Source: Lama guanicoe (lineage: Eukaryota). From it: DNA of 64,000 nucleotides. Where the stretch lies: assembly GCA_013239625.1 (NCBI GenBank), contig MU054001.1, forward strand, positions 5,381,078 to 5,445,077, read 5' to 3'. Shown here piece after piece: positions 37,140 to 50,485 of this stretch (positions are counted from its first letter, which is position 1; the number at the start of each line of letters is the position of its first letter). Made by a program: the position numbers and the translations under genes. The notes under the pieces were generated by a model, which saw only the letters and a list, made by a program, of their open reading frames with translations, was not told where the DNA came from and searched no databases.

Positions 37140-37255
37140 ACCTGAAACTTGACTCCATCTTTTACCAGCTGTGTGGCCTGGGTCAAGTTACTTAATCTCT
37201 CTGAGCCTCAGTTTCCTCATCTGCAAGCGGGGATAATAGTGTCTACATCATGAGA
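37140..37255 (+). mobile_element. MIR SINE
   Basis: ttaccagctgtgtggcctgggtcaagttacttaatctctctgagcctcagtttcctcatctg. Confidence 0.8.
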
Positions 37256-40200
37256 AAATGTAACTGATGAGAAACTGAGAAAAAGTAAAGGAGAATAAGA
37301 AAAGGTAATTAAAACCCTAACAATGAGAAAATCAATGTTAGTTTCTCCTCCATTCTTTTGGATAGTAGATATATGAAACAAGAACTCAAGGATGGGATAG
37401 ATATTTCCTTATTATCAACAGATGTGGCTCTCCTGAGTCAAAACCTATTGTAATTTTTTTAATTTAATGCTTAAAAAAAAAACACAAAACAACCTGTTCC
37501 CCAAAAACAGAGCACTCAGCTTTTCCTGCCAAAAGAGCAGCCACAGAGAGCCCAGGCAGTTCTCTTAACACCCAGTTTCTGCAGCAGCTGCCCCTGCTGC
37601 TCCAACCATCCTTCAGGACACAGACTCCTCCTTAGGCCAGGAGGAGAGCTCCAGTAGTGTTTTCATTTTTGCTATTTGAGTTAAAAACAAAAGGGTCAAA
37701 TAAAAGGCATTCTCCTTCCGTTAGGGAGTCCCCAGCAAAAGAACAGCAGTGATTCCCTTGCAGCTGAGATCATTGCATTATAGATATGCCAAATCGCTGG
37801 TCCCCTGGGGCTCAAGAAAGGCCCTCTGATGTCTCCCTGACCTTGATCTAACTTACTGAGGTTCCTGCTGGCCCTCTTTCTGGACCATCCCATCCTGGGT
37901 GATGACCCAGACATGCGTGTTGGGAACAGCTGGGGCAGCAGTCAGAAGCAGTGACGCGGCAAAGGCTTGTGGCAAGAAGATCTTGGCAACAATGGCAGCT
38001 CCAACTCAAGCCTGGGGGCTTCTCCCCTTTTCGAACAAAGCCCTTCTGACCTCCCAGCTCAATTCTCCGCCATCCTTCTCCTCTGGCAGGAGCCGCTCTC
38101 TGGATGGAGGGTGGTGCTCTGAGAGAATCAGCCCAAATACCCCAGGAGTTCATGACTCAGCCCTCTCATCTCAGATCACAGAGAACCTTGCCACCAAATC
38201 TTCCATATTCTCTCTCTCAGTTGGCTCTGGAGGAGAAAAGATTTGGCTTCAGCTGGCCTTGGGAATGCTGCAGCTGTCAAAGTGGGAAAATTAATGAGCT
38301 GGCGATGGAGAGAAAAATGCCCCATCTTTTTTAAACCTAGGCTTAATCCTGGCTTCCTAATTGTACCCAGCTGTTCCACGACTCTCTTCCACACTGGTTT
38401 CAACTGTCCAATGAGACAGCCTGCCTGGCTGGCCACACAGGCAAGATGCGGGGAAGGCCAATTACTGGTCAAACTGGATCCAAAACTCAACACAGAGAAT
38501 TCCGTGTCATCTGGCTCTGTGTCCCACGGATGCTGGCCCAGAATCCAGAAGTCCCACACTGAAAGCATTCAGGCTAGGTCTGGCTTGGAGAGGCAAATTA
38601 CATTAAACAAACAAACAAACACAAGAAATAATTACCTGGTTATGTAATTCTAGAGTGTTCAAAACATTTACTTCAGAAGATTCCACTGGAAAAAAGTCTA
38701 GATTTCTGGTTTCTCTGACAAAATCCAAAGATCCAACCACACTAGAGGCATGTTCTGTGAGTGTGGCAAATCAGCTAGAATTAAGTCGCAGCCACCCCAC
38801 TGAATGTGTGAGCGCCCATCACTCACCGCGGCCCCCATCACTCCCTCTTGCCCCAACACTTGGGTCCTTGAAAACTTTTGTGTTTGTCACCTCCGATGAC
38901 TGTTTTCTCACCTGGGCTTTGGTTTTTTTTCCATCTGTACAATGACAGGGTTAGCCAGAACAGACTCTGTGGTCCTTAAGAAGCCCTACTTGATCCCACG
39001 ACCCCTCGGAGGGCTGTGTGCAGGGACATACATCAGGCTGGGGCTGGGGTCAGAGAATCACAGGCAGTGTTATCCACTCTGGAAGTTTTGGGGGATATGC
39101 ACACACCCTCCTCTCTAGGGCAGATGGCGTCCATAGAGTACCCCCCCATCACTTCCCACTGGCTTTCTCGCCCTCCAGCCGGGGAAGCCCTCACCATCAA
39201 CATCTCCAGGCTGGGAGCCTGACACACTGCGGCACTCAGAGGGGCCGGTACTTGTTCACATTCCACCCACCCTCTCAACCAGTGCTGCCACTCCAGTCCC
39301 TTCCCATGGCCATGTTTAATAAAGGACAAGCAAGAAGAGAAATAGCGTGGCTCAAAAGCAAAGAGGTCTGGGGACGGGCTGGCGGGGTGCTTGCCTGGAG
39401 CTCGTTAGGGCAGAAACACCCTGTCAGGACGAGGTGCACTCCTGCCCGCCTCTAACCGCACACCCCAGTTTGCCCCCACTCTGCTCAGCCAACCCGCAGA
39501 GCATCCGACGTTTAAAGATTACCAGGGCGAGTCTGTAACGAAGCTGCTCCCTCTTTGTGTGTCCTTGTGCCAACAGCAGCAGAAGGGACACTAATTAGAG
39601 GGTGAATTATTAGCTTCCCATGGTGCACTGCAGGAACATTAAAAATGAGGGGGCTTTGCTGCTTGCCTTTTAGATGGTTAGTCTTGGTTTAATATATTCG
39701 TATTTCTAGGTGAGCAGCAGGGGACAGTTTTTATGATTATAATTGTTGCATAATTACTGGCCTAAGGTTGCCAATTGTTAAATAAAAATGCTGAGATACT
39801 AATGTTTTATTGAACAGTACAAGGAGATAAAATTGTAATATCTTTTCCCGAGCAATCGAAGCTGCTCATTTGCAGCCTGGTGACAACCCTTAGCCATCTT
39901 AGGGAAGAGGTGGATGGGTTCTGCCTGGGCTGGAAGTCAAATGTGAAATACATGCTTGGGGAAAAAGGAGCGGAGGCAGAGAAGGGGCACTGAGGATGCG
40001 CCCTTATGGTCTCTGCATGTTGCAGGGCGTAGGGCTAAGAACTGGGTTAATGCCTGTGCACTCAATGGGAAGGGTAGCTCTCAGCCCGCTGGTTCTTGGG
40101 TAGCAGAAGGCCACAGAGGCCCCTTCCCATTAAGGGTACCCACCTGCATGAGAAACTGAAGGCACATGGAGACACCAAGGGCTGCTGAGCCAGGAATACG

Positions 40201-41069
40201 GCCACCATCAGGTGGACCAGTGGGGTCTAACATCCCTCCCTTGGCAACTCTTAAACACTCAATCCTTTGAGTCACTAGGAAGTTACCTGGAACCAGCCAG
40301 ACAACACATCTCTAGTATTCTCAAATACACTTCTTCCTCCTTACCCCACCAACTTACCCTACCCCAAGCGGCCATCCCCAAGGCCTCCTAGCTGTCTTCC
40401 GGCCTCTAGTGTCTCCTACCTGCAACCTATTGTTCACAGAGTGCCAAGCTTTCTGCAAGCAGGCAAGGGATGATTCCTGTCAGGAGCCAATCAGCTGAAA
40501 GGAAATTGCATTTGAGTCAGATATGCTGCCTCGCTGGGCCAGAAAAGCATGAAGGCTGGGAAATGCCATTTGATTGGGACAGAAAGGGAGTGCCTGAGCC
40601 ATTTGGTCTGGCTCCTCCAGTGTCCCGTTCCTCAGAGAGGTGACATGAACTAGGTCAGAGTGCTTACTGTTCATCTCGATGCATACAGCCAGGGAAACGG
40701 TGCACAGAGCAGGCAGAGCAAACCTAAATTTCAGAAAGTCAAAGCCAGTGACCAATTCCTCCCCAGAAGGAGCCCTCTTCCTCTCTTTGGGCCTTCCCCA
40801 GGCCCAGCCCAGTAGAGGCTCCTGGTTGTTCACTGAGACATTCACAGGAGGCAAAAATAAAAACCAGTTTTCCATATGGTTCTTCCAGGGCAAAGCCCAG
40901 TCTTGTGGAAAGAGCTGTGGGCTGGGAGTCGATCAGCCTGAGTTTCGAGCCCAGCTCAGCCATCCCTCTGCAGTTCTTGGACAAGTCACTTCAACTCTCA
41001 TCTCCAGGACAGAAATCATATCACCACTCTGCTTACCTCGCACAGTTCATGTGAGGCCTGAATGGACGA

Positions 41070-41900
41070 CAAAGAACCAAGGACTGTCAGAGCTGGGAAG
41101 AGCTCACTGGGTCCAACTTCTTTCCAAGTGCAGGTAATCTTTCCAGAGCAACTCTGACAGATGTTCATTCTCCCTCTGCACAAAGACGAAGGCTCCAGAG
41201 AGCTCAGAGCAACTCCTCCTTTTGCTGGATGGCTCTAATTTTGCTACTTAACGTGAGCTGAGACCTGTCCAGCCCTGGTCCCCTGGACAGGGCTGCCCTG
41301 AGCTGTATCTCTTTCACACAGCTGGTCCTGCAGGAGTTTGAAACTGTGAATTGCCTACCCTTGGTCTGCTCTCCTCCAGAACAACTATCTCAGATTCCTG
41401 TCATTCTTTGTGTTTCACATCCTCCATCATCTTCTGCCTCTGAACTCTGCCTTGAGATACCCCACCCTACACCAGGAGAGAACATGTGCAACCTGGCCAG
41501 TCCAGAACACAATCACTTCCCTCAGTCTAGTCACTATACTCCTATTAATGCAGCCCACAACTGTGCAAGCTTTTTAGCAGGCACATTACACAGTTGGTTT
41601 ATATTGAGCCTGTGCTCAACTAAATCCTCCAGATCTTTTTCATTAAGAAAATGAAAGTCCCATTAATTGATAATTTTTAAATTAAATGTATGATTTTATA
41701 GTTCTTTCTGTTTCTTTACAATATGACAGTTTGGATATCTCTTTCCAAATAATGATAAATCTTTATAAATCCTGATTCTCTGATTCCATGCTTGAATTGG
41801 AAAGCTCTGCCTTACAGGTTAATATCATCCGTGGATTTGTTAAGCAAACCTTCACTATCTTTGATGAAAAGTGTTAACAGTACTGATCCTTGGGGAATCT
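41070..41900 (-). mobile_element. Degenerate L3/CR1 LINE fragment
   Basis: ctattaatgcagccca...ctttttagcag...atattgagcctgtg...ccagatctttttca resembles antisense L3. Confidence 0.5.
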
Positions 41901-42557
41901 ATTGTATCGGAGTGAAGGAAATTATCAAGACTAATAGAAATAAAATTAGTTAAGTTAGTAAGCTGAAGGAAAGTGTACAAGTCGCCAAAAACTTGAGTGA
42001 AAAAATAAGCATAAAAGAAGAAAAAATGCCTAACGTTTGCATGTATGTGCCCAGAAGGAGGGCACCCAAGACTGATCCCAATACTACAGCTGGATTTGAC
42101 CAAGTTAAGCTCGTGTATATATAACCCATTCTTACTTCACTCAGTTTTCCTGTTTCCCCAGTTTGTAATAATGATGTAACAACGAGATAAACTGCATGCA
42201 AATAAAGGAAAGCAGAATTAGGATCACGCAGCATGTGGTCTAGTTCGCTTTGTCTTGGTGAATTCAACTCCTAGTCATAAAAAGAAACATGTAAGTTACT
42301 TGGAAAAGATTTAAAATGAGCCTGCATCCTGCAGAGCCTCCAGACTTGTTTTCCCCCTGGTTTTAGCTGCTATCTGTACCAATATCAAGGAGTTGTACAT
42401 CCCAAATCTTCTGCCCTTCAGCCTTGTACCAGGGAACGGTGGGGCTCTTTCTTCTCTGTAAGCTGTTTAGAGATGTCACTTATAGAACTTGCCCTGTCTT
42501 CAATATTGGTTCAGGAGTATAGAGACCTTTCAGAGGGGAAAGCACAGGTAAAGCACA

Positions 42558-42995
42558 GTGTTAGGTTCCTGATGCTGCTGTAACAAATGGTCACAAACTT
42601 GATGGTTTAAGATAGCAGCAACTTATTTTTTCATAGTTCTGGAGGCAAATAAGTTTCACTGGGCCAATTAAAGTGGTGGCAGTTCCACACTCCCTGCAGG
42701 GAACAATCTGTTCCTGACCTCTTCCAGTTTCTGGTGGCTGCTAGCATTCCTTGACTTGTGGTCATATCCTCCAATCTCAGACTCCATAGTCACATTGCCT
42801 TCTTTTCTGTCTGTGTCAAATCTCCCTTTCCTTTCTCTTATATAATGCTTTTGATCAATTCAGGATCCACCTAGACAATCCAGGATAATGTCCCCACACC
42901 AAGACCTTTAATTTAGTCACATCTGCAAAGACCTTTTTTTCTTAGAGGACAATGTTTACAAGCTCCAGGGATTGGCCATTTTTCAGCCTACTATA
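42558..42995 (-). mobile_element. MaLR MLT1 LTR
   Basis: gctgctgtaacaaat...cacaaactt...cttccagtttctggtggctg...atctgcaaagacc. Confidence 0.8.
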
Positions 42996-43361
42996 CCCAG
43001 AGTCAATTTTAAAAAAAAAAAAATGTTGACCTGGACAAAACTAGCAATGAAACTCCACATGGGCTAGATGCAACCATCCTGGGATAATCACTCCTTAGTC
43101 AGCATCCTGGAAAAGAGCATACCTCCAGCTCTCAACAGCTGATTGGGATAGCACTGCAGGAATATAAAAAATGTACAAAATCACACCAGGAATGCATAAA
43201 ATGTTATGACTGGTTCCCAAAAAAGAAATGAACCAGGCCCACACATGGGAAAAAAATCATTTAAATTTCTTAAAAGATGTTACTCTTGTGACACACACCT
43301 CCCTATTTAGGTACTTGAGTTCTGGTGCGCATCAGCATAGACAGGCAGGCACAAGTGCCGT

Positions 43362-43720
43362 AGGTGGAGTTTCCTGGAAGCAGACTCTGGTATGGAGTTT
43401 AGCTAGATGTTTATGAAGGGGTGCCCTTGGCATCAACTCCAGTGGAAGGAGAAGAAAGAAGCAGAAGAGGAAAGAAGGGAGAAGTTGAGGTGCAATGCAG
43501 GGCCAGCAACAGCCTTGACTGGGAGCTCTAAAGTTGGAACATTCTTCAGAGTTGTCCTGAGTTGGGGCAAGATGATCACCAAACAGGAAGAAGTATAATC
43601 TTGAGCAAGGCAACTTAGATAATCCCTGAATGGGCTGACAGGTGGAGACCATCCACTGACTGCATTCCTAGCAGCTGGGCAGCAAGCCCTTCCTTGCAGG
43701 GGCATCTGGGCCAAGCATCA
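43362..43720 (-). mobile_element. ERVL LTR16-like LTR
   Basis: ttcctggaagcagactctg...gtgcccttggcatcaac...ggagaagttgag. Confidence 0.6.
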
Positions 43721-43930
43721 CAGTTTCCCTATTTCAAGAGAATGCATTCTCTGCCAAAACTGAATGCTGAGACACCACAATGGAGAGTTCTCAGGATAGA
43801 TAGAGTAGAATATGCATGGTTAAAAGTTTATTTTGTAAATCAACTTTATTTGTGTAAACAAAGTAAACTTTTGGCTTTTTGTTTTACTGAAAGTTTTGTT
43901 TCTTTATTTTTTTTTATTTAAGATTTTTTT

Positions 43931-44060
43931 GGGGGGAAGGTATAGCTCAAGTGGTAGAGTGCATGCTTAGCATGCACAAGGTCCTGCATTCAATCCCCAG
44001 TACCTCCTCCAAAAAATAAATAACTAAACCTAATTACCCTCCCTCCAAAAAAAAAAAAAA
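43931..44060 (+). mobile_element. tRNA-Ala-derived SINE (camelid Vic-1-like)
   Basis: ggtatagctcaagtggtagagtgcatgcttagcatgcacaaggtcctgcattcaatccccagtacctcc matches tRNA-Ala(AGC) with A/B boxes, followed by a tail and poly-A. Confidence 0.9.
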
Positions 44061-44087
44061 GATGTTTTCAAGAAATTTGCCATCTAA

Positions 44088-44571
44088 CTGGATAAAGAAG
44101 ATGTGATATATTTATACAATGGAATACTACTCAGCCATAAAAACTGACAACATAGCACCATTTGCAGCAACATGGATGCTCCTGGAGAATGTCATTCTAA
44201 GAGAAGTAAGCCAGAAAGAGAAAGAAAAATACCATATGCAATCGTGGAATCTGAAAACAAAACAAAACAAACAAACAAAGCATAAATACAAAACAGAAAT
44301 AGACTCATAGACATAGAATACAAACTTGTGGTTGCCAAGAGGGCAGGGGGTGGGAAGAGATAGACTGGGATTTCAAAATTGTAGAATAGATAAACAATAT
44401 TATACTGTATAGCAGAGGGAAATATATACAAGTTCTATGGTAGCTCACAGAGGAAAAAATGTGACAATGAATATATATACGTTCATGTATAACTGAAAAA
44501 ATTGTGCTCTACACTGGAATTTGACACAACATTGTAAAATGATTATAAATCAATAAAAAATGTTTGAAAAA
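44088..44571 (+). mobile_element. Young lineage-specific L1 3' end
   Basis: L1 3' UTR with AATAAA; 18-bp TSD AAGAAA(T/C)TTGCCATCTAA at 44070-44087 and 44572-44589. Confidence 0.92.
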
Positions 44572-46317
44572 AAGAAACTTGCCATCTAAGTACAATTTCC
44601 TTTAAAAAACTTATTATCAGGAATAAGAAATAAATAAGATATATAAATAATATATAAATTAAAATAATAAAAATACAAAATGTAAATAAGATAAATAAAT
44701 AAGATAAATAAAATATCACTCTTACCACTTCTATTCAACACTATGCTGAAGATTCTACTCAGGAAAATTCGACTAGAAAATGGAATAAAATGTACCCAAG
44801 TGCAAAGAAAGAAGTAAGATTATTTCTATAACCAGATGACATAAACTTGTATACAGAAAATCTTGAGAAATCTCCTAAAAAGCTATTGGAATTGACAATG
44901 AGTTCAACAAGATTGCAAGATGCAAAATCAATACACAAAAGTCAATTGTATTTCTCTAGACTTGCAGTGAACAATCTGAAAATGAAATTAAGAAAATGAT
45001 TTCACTTATAGTAGTAGCATTAAAAATAAAATACTTCATAACAGATTTAATAGAAATGTAAAACTTATACTCTGAAAACTATAAAACACTATTGAAGGGA
45101 ATTAAAGAAGATCTAAATGAACAGAAAGGTGTCCTATGCTCATGGACCTGAAGGCTTAATATTAAGATGTCAGTACTACTCAAAGCAACCTATAGGTACA
45201 ATTCAATCCCTATCAAAATTTCAACAGCCTTTTTTATAGACAAGGAAAGCTGAACCTCTAATTCATACGACTTTACAAGGGGCCCCAAATAGCCAAAACA
45301 ATCTTGAAAAGGAAGAAGAAAGTTGAAGGACTCACACTTCCTGATTTCAAAACTTACTACAAAGCTACAGTAAACAAAACAGTGTAGTACTGACATAAGA
45401 ACAGACATATAGACCAATGGAGTAGAAATGAGAGTCCAGAACTGAATCCATACATCTACGGCCATTTGATATTTGATAAGGGTGCCAAGACCCTTCAATG
45501 AGGAAAGAATGGTCTCTCCAACAGTGGTACTGGGACAAGTGGATATTTACATGTAGAAGAATGAGATTAAACCTCTGTATCATGCCATATTCAAAAATTA
45601 ACTCAAAATGGATCAAGGCCTCAATGTAAGAGCTAAAACTATAAAACTCTTAAAAGAAAGTCTAGGTGTAAATATTGGTGACTCTGGATTAGTGCACTGT
45701 TTCTTAGATATGACAATAAAAGCATAAGTAACAAAAGAAAAACTAGACAAAGTGGACTTCTTCAAAATTAAAAGCTTTAGTGCTTCAAAAGGACACAGTT
45801 AAAGTGGAAAGAACCCACAGAGTGAGAAAAAAATGTGTAAAAATCATGTACCTGATAAGGAACTTGTATCTAGAATACATAAAGAATTATTCCAACTTAA
45901 AAAGACAAACAACTGAATTCAGAATGGGCAAAGAATCTGAATAGACATTTCTCCAAAGAAAATATGCACATGAAAAGCTGCTTAACATTATTAGCCATCA
46001 GAGAAATGCATATCAAAACTACAAGATACCACTTCACATCCTCAAGAACGGCTATAACAAGAAAAGACAAAGTAACAAGTGTTGGTGAGGATGCTGAGAA
46101 ATTAGAATCCTCATACACTGCTGGTAGGAATGTGAAATGGTGCGGCCACTTTGGAAAACAGTCTCACAGTTCCTCGACAGTTTAAACAGAGCCGCCATGT
46201 GACCCAGCAATTCCACTCCTTGGTATATATTCAAGAGAAGTGAAAACATAGGTCCACATAAAAACTTAAAAAAAAAAAACTTGTATACAAAAGTTCACAG
46301 CAGTGTTCTTTTAATAG

Positions 46318-46722
46318 CCATAAAAAAGGAATAAAATAAGGCCATTTGCAGCAACAAGAATGGACCTGGAGATTATCATTCTGAGTGAAGTAAGTCAGAA
46401 AGAGAAAGAAAATACCATGTGATATCACTTATATGCAGAATCTGAAAAAAAAAGTCCACAAACAAACTTACATACAATACAGAAACTGACTCACAGACAT
46501 AGAGAACAAACTTATGGTTACCACGGGATAAAGGGGGTGGGAAGGGATAAATTTGGAATTCGAAAATTGCACCTCTTGGGGAGTGATGGAAATGTTAGCT
46601 ATCTTGACTGCGGTGGTAGTTTCATGGCTGTATACATCTATCAAAATTGATCAATTGTATATCTGAAATAAGTGTAGTTTATTGTACAAGGATTATACAA
46701 CAATAAAGGTGTTTAAAAAAAA
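46318..46722 (+). mobile_element. Younger chimeric L1 3' end nested in the older L1
   Basis: Interrupts host taatagcca|aaaaagt..aacaacccaaatg and ends aataaaggtgtttaaaaaaaaa. Confidence 0.85.
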
Positions 46723-47071
46723 AGTAAGAACAACCCAAATGCCCATCTGTTAATGAGTGGAGAAATAAAATGTGGTCTATCCATACAATGGGAAATTATT
46801 TGTCAATAAAAAGGAATAAAGGGTTAGTACATGCTACAATATGAATAAATCTTGAAAGCATTATGCCAAGTGAAAGAAGCCAGACAGAAAAAGCCTTGTA
46901 TAATTGTATGATTCCATTTGTATGAAATATCTAGAAGAGGAGAATCCATAGAAGTAGAAAATAGATTAGTGGCTGCCTAGGGCTGTGGGATGTGGTGGGG
47001 AGTGGGGAGTGACCACGAATGGGTATGGGATTTCTCTTGGAAGATGATGAAAATGTTCCAAAATTGATTGT

Positions 47072-47166
47072 GGCAGGGAGCATACAGCTCAGTGGTAGAG
47101 CGCATGCTCAGATGCACGAGGTCCTGGGTTCAATCTCCAGCACCTCCATTAAAATAAATAAATTTT
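47072..47166 (+). mobile_element. tRNA-Ala-derived SINE
   Basis: agctcagtggtagagcgcatgctcagatgcacgaggtcctgggttcaatctccagcacctcca; TSD AAAATT(G/A)ATTGT on both sides. Confidence 0.88.
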
Positions 47167-47439
47167 AAAAATTAATTGTTTTGATGGCTGTACAACTCTT
47201 TGAGTTCACTAAGAAAAACCAATGAATTGTCATTTTAAATAGGTGAATTGTATGATATGCAAATTATATATCAGTAAAGCAGGGTTTTTTTTAAATCTAC
47301 TAAGTACCTATAATATATAAAATCACTTATTCAACAGGTGGAAGAAGCACTGTGGTTACTGATCACCTGGTGGGCTGTGGTATATACACACAAGCCCAAA
47401 GCCCTGTCTCCCTCACCTGCTAGAGCTAATCAAACAAGT

Positions 47440-48094
47440 ATTTGTCAATTCTGCCCACTTCCGTCTGTCTCCACGGCCACATCTCACCCAAACCTCAGTC
47501 GCTGCAGCCTAGATCCTTGTCATGGGCTCCTAAACTCCCTCTTTGGTCTTGCCCTTATTTCCAGTGTCCCCACTGCAAATAGAATCATCTTTGTTTTAAA
47601 ATGCAATAAAATAATAGCACTTGAGCATGTTTCAGTGACTTCCAGTTACCCTAAAAACCCCACAATACTTTCAAAATCCCACCAGAACAGTTTGTACAGC
47701 CTCACCTCCCACCTTCTCCCTCCTCTCCCACCACACCTCAGCTGCGCTGCCCTTTCTTCAGTTCCTCAGATACTACAAGCCCTTCCCACTCCAAGACCCT
47801 GTACCACACAGCTCTCTTCTCCAAGTACTCTTGCTGCCTTCTACTCCTAACTTCTACTTACCTTTTATTCTTAGTTGAAAAAAAAACACTTCTTGGGGAA
47901 GTCATCTTTGGTCTTTTACCCCCAAGAAGCAATCAAGTCACCTCATTACATGTTCTTAAGATGCTTATAAGTCTCTGAAACTTACACCGTTATTAATATA
48001 GTGTTGCCTCGCTGCTGTACCCCAGGCTCCATAAGAGTAGGAGTTATGTCCTTCTTGTTCGTTTTTTTATGCACAAAACTTAACATTATGCCCA
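47440..48094 (+). mobile_element. L2 fragment, interrupted by the LTR; tail resumes near 48610
   Basis: ccacttccgtctgtctccacggccac...ctcctaaact...; tail aataaatacttgctgaatgaa. Confidence 0.6.
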
Positions 48095-48605
48095 TGAGGG
48101 AGGAATTGAGGTGGGAAGCCCCATAAAAAAGACTCTCAGGACCCCCATGCAGGGCTACTACTCTCCTGCCAGCACCATCCGTTTCCCTGGCCCAGTAGCC
48201 CTATCTCACTTTTTGCCTCTGAGATGGCTTACTTCTAGGAAAGTGGAACTTACCCCTAAAATTCTGTTGGTTCCCTGAGCTAACTCCTAATTGGTCCATT
48301 TGAAGTACTTCATTTGCATGGAGCTCACTCCTGATTGGTTATTTCTCTCACTCCTGATTGGTCCATTTCTACAAAGCTTGCTCCTAATTAGTCAAATTTT
48401 GTTATACCTTATTTGCATATGATGTTGCAAAGTGTAAACTGGCAGCCTGTAAAAACCTGTGTAAACCTACAGATGCAGTCCAGAGCTTGGAGTGATAACT
48501 CCTGTGGGCTCGGTTCATAATAAACCTGAGTTCTCCAACTCTCCAAGTGCTCACTAGGATCCAGGTTGCTGTCACAACTGAGCTGTAACACACTTTTCTG
48601 CAACA
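48095..48605 (+). mobile_element. Solo ERV1-class LTR
   Basis: TG start, repeated ATTGG, two ATTTGCAT, degenerate TATA, AATAAA at 48519-48524, CA end at 48590 or 48605. No clear TSD. Confidence 0.75.
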
Positions 48606-49495
48606 GAATCACAGAATAAATACTTGCTGAATGAAAGAATGAGTAAATAAATGTAGTGTAGGATAGGTACTGTGTGAGAGGGCTGTGCAGGAAATACTAT
48701 AATCATATAAATGAGGAAACTACCTGTTAGGATGGGCAACTGGGAAAGTTAGTGTAAAAGAGAGGACTTAGAAAACAACTTGGAAACTTGGAATCACATA
48801 GGTGGATGGGACCTTTGAAGTCATCTTGTCCACATTCCAACTTTCTTGAATTAGACTCTGAAGTTCGTTTTGGAAAACTGTGTTATCCACCACCCCCACT
48901 GCTTCAGAATATGATCTATGGGATAAAACTCCAAACTCCTTGGCATGGCATACGAAACTGAAAAATCTGGCCATCTGAGCTGTCCACCATAATTATCACC
49001 ACCAACCACAGGAAATGACATTCCACTTCCCAAATAGGTCAATATTTTTCCATCTGATTCCTTTGCACACACCATTTCTTCTGCCTAGGATGTCTCTCCT
49101 GTATTCTCACATCCACTCCTCCAAGTCTGACAAACTTCTAATTAGGTCCTCCAGAAATTTTACATCCTCTGTAAAGCCTTCCTCAACCCTCCCCTCCCTT
49201 TCTCCACCATACCTCACCACATCTTCAAACACAGTCAGCACTTTCCCTGGACAGTCATAGTACTTTCTTTACAATTTTATATCGTGCAAAGAGCAAGTTA
49301 TAAAGTCAGCACACAAGACAAAAATCACACAGGTTCAAAGTCACCCTTGAAAATCCCTCAGAAAAATGCAGTCCTAGAACATTGATCAACCAGTCAATAA
49401 TCCTGTTTTCCTCCAGTTTTGGAATAAATCTCTGTCTTGATTGAGGTACTAAATGAAATGCTTGGCTTGTGATTAGGATCCAATTTGAACAAAAA

Positions 49496-49497
<2 letters not shown>

Positions 49498-49526
<29 letters not shown>
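49498..49526 (+). repeat. (CA)n microsatellite
   Basis: Direct CA run. Confidence 0.95.
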
Positions 49527-49532
<6 letters not shown>

Positions 49533-50229
49533 TCCTAACTCCAATCACATTCAATACAGAAACTCACACCATGAGAAGTTCATGAGAGCTGAGACACTGC
49601 TGGCACAGAGGTACATATCTGTGATTTTGTGCTTCCTTTAGAAATATAGGACGGAAAGGCTGGCAGAACCACCCTCACTAACTAAGCCTTCTCTATCCCA
49701 CCAAGCATCTTGTAATGATTTCATAGAGGTTACTCCAGATAAGTCAGGAAATTGAATGTACGACATGATACTTATGACTAAATATAAGCTGTGGTTCCAT
49801 GTACTCCAGGCTGGTAAGAATGTACATTTAAAAAAAAAAATCAGCCAGCAGCCAAGTGAAAATTCTCTAAAGGAATATCAAGTTTGACTGGAGAACATTC
49901 AAAGTGATCTACTTCATAATCCAAAAGCAATCTTGATCAAAGTCCTCTCCTCCATTTCAAACATCTCTCACACCCTGATTACTTCCCTCAAATGTCTCTC
50001 TAGCAAAGCCGCACACCTTCCCCCACGGGCTTAACGTGCAGAGGGTTTCTGTCTCTTACTTTCTCATTCCCAGCCTTTTCCTTTATACATCAACCTAGCA
50101 TCCCTGATCACATCCCCCAACCCTTTCCTTCACTCTCCTGACTTTCTGCTACAAAGATGTGGTCATGACTTGTGGCTCGAAAGTGACCTGTCCACGTGTG
50201 TAGATGTGTGTGTGTATGTAGGTGTGTCC

Positions 50230-50485
50230 CACACCATTTTTAAAATATTTATTTGAATTAGTTGTCAACTATTTCAGAGATTCATATGCTTAAAAAGTCC
50301 AGCTCTCCAGCTTCTCTGGAAAAATCCTGAGATATGGCGATCTGGGCCTACTTTCCTCCGCAGAGGCAGGTGACCAGAGCTGAGCGATGCCCCCCATTGG
50401 ATGGTATTTGCAGTCAGAGGTTCCCTACAGTCCTCAGCTGACCCATCTCACTGTCAGGATCTGTAGCATTTGGAGTTGGTGCCTT
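50230..50485 (-). mobile_element. MER102-like hAT MITE
   Basis: tttgaattagttgtcaac...cagcttctctggaaaaatc...ctgggcct...gcatttggagttgg. Confidence 0.6.

Larger units (their letters stand above)
44710..47285 (+). mobile_element. Older L1: degenerate ORF2 RT/C-terminal region through the 3' end, with nested insertions
   Basis: ccacttctattcaacac (PLLFN), gatgacat, ttcaaaacttactacaaagctacagt, zinc-knuckle region (45964-46185), 3' end near 47280. Confidence 0.9.

Noticed and set aside
43931..44010. Functional tRNA-Ala genes (also 47072 and 63237)
   Set aside because: Stem and B-box mismatches, A-rich tails and TSDs indicate SINEs.
45190..46428. Hydrophobic minus-strand ORFs
   Set aside because: Antisense readings of A-rich L1 sequence.
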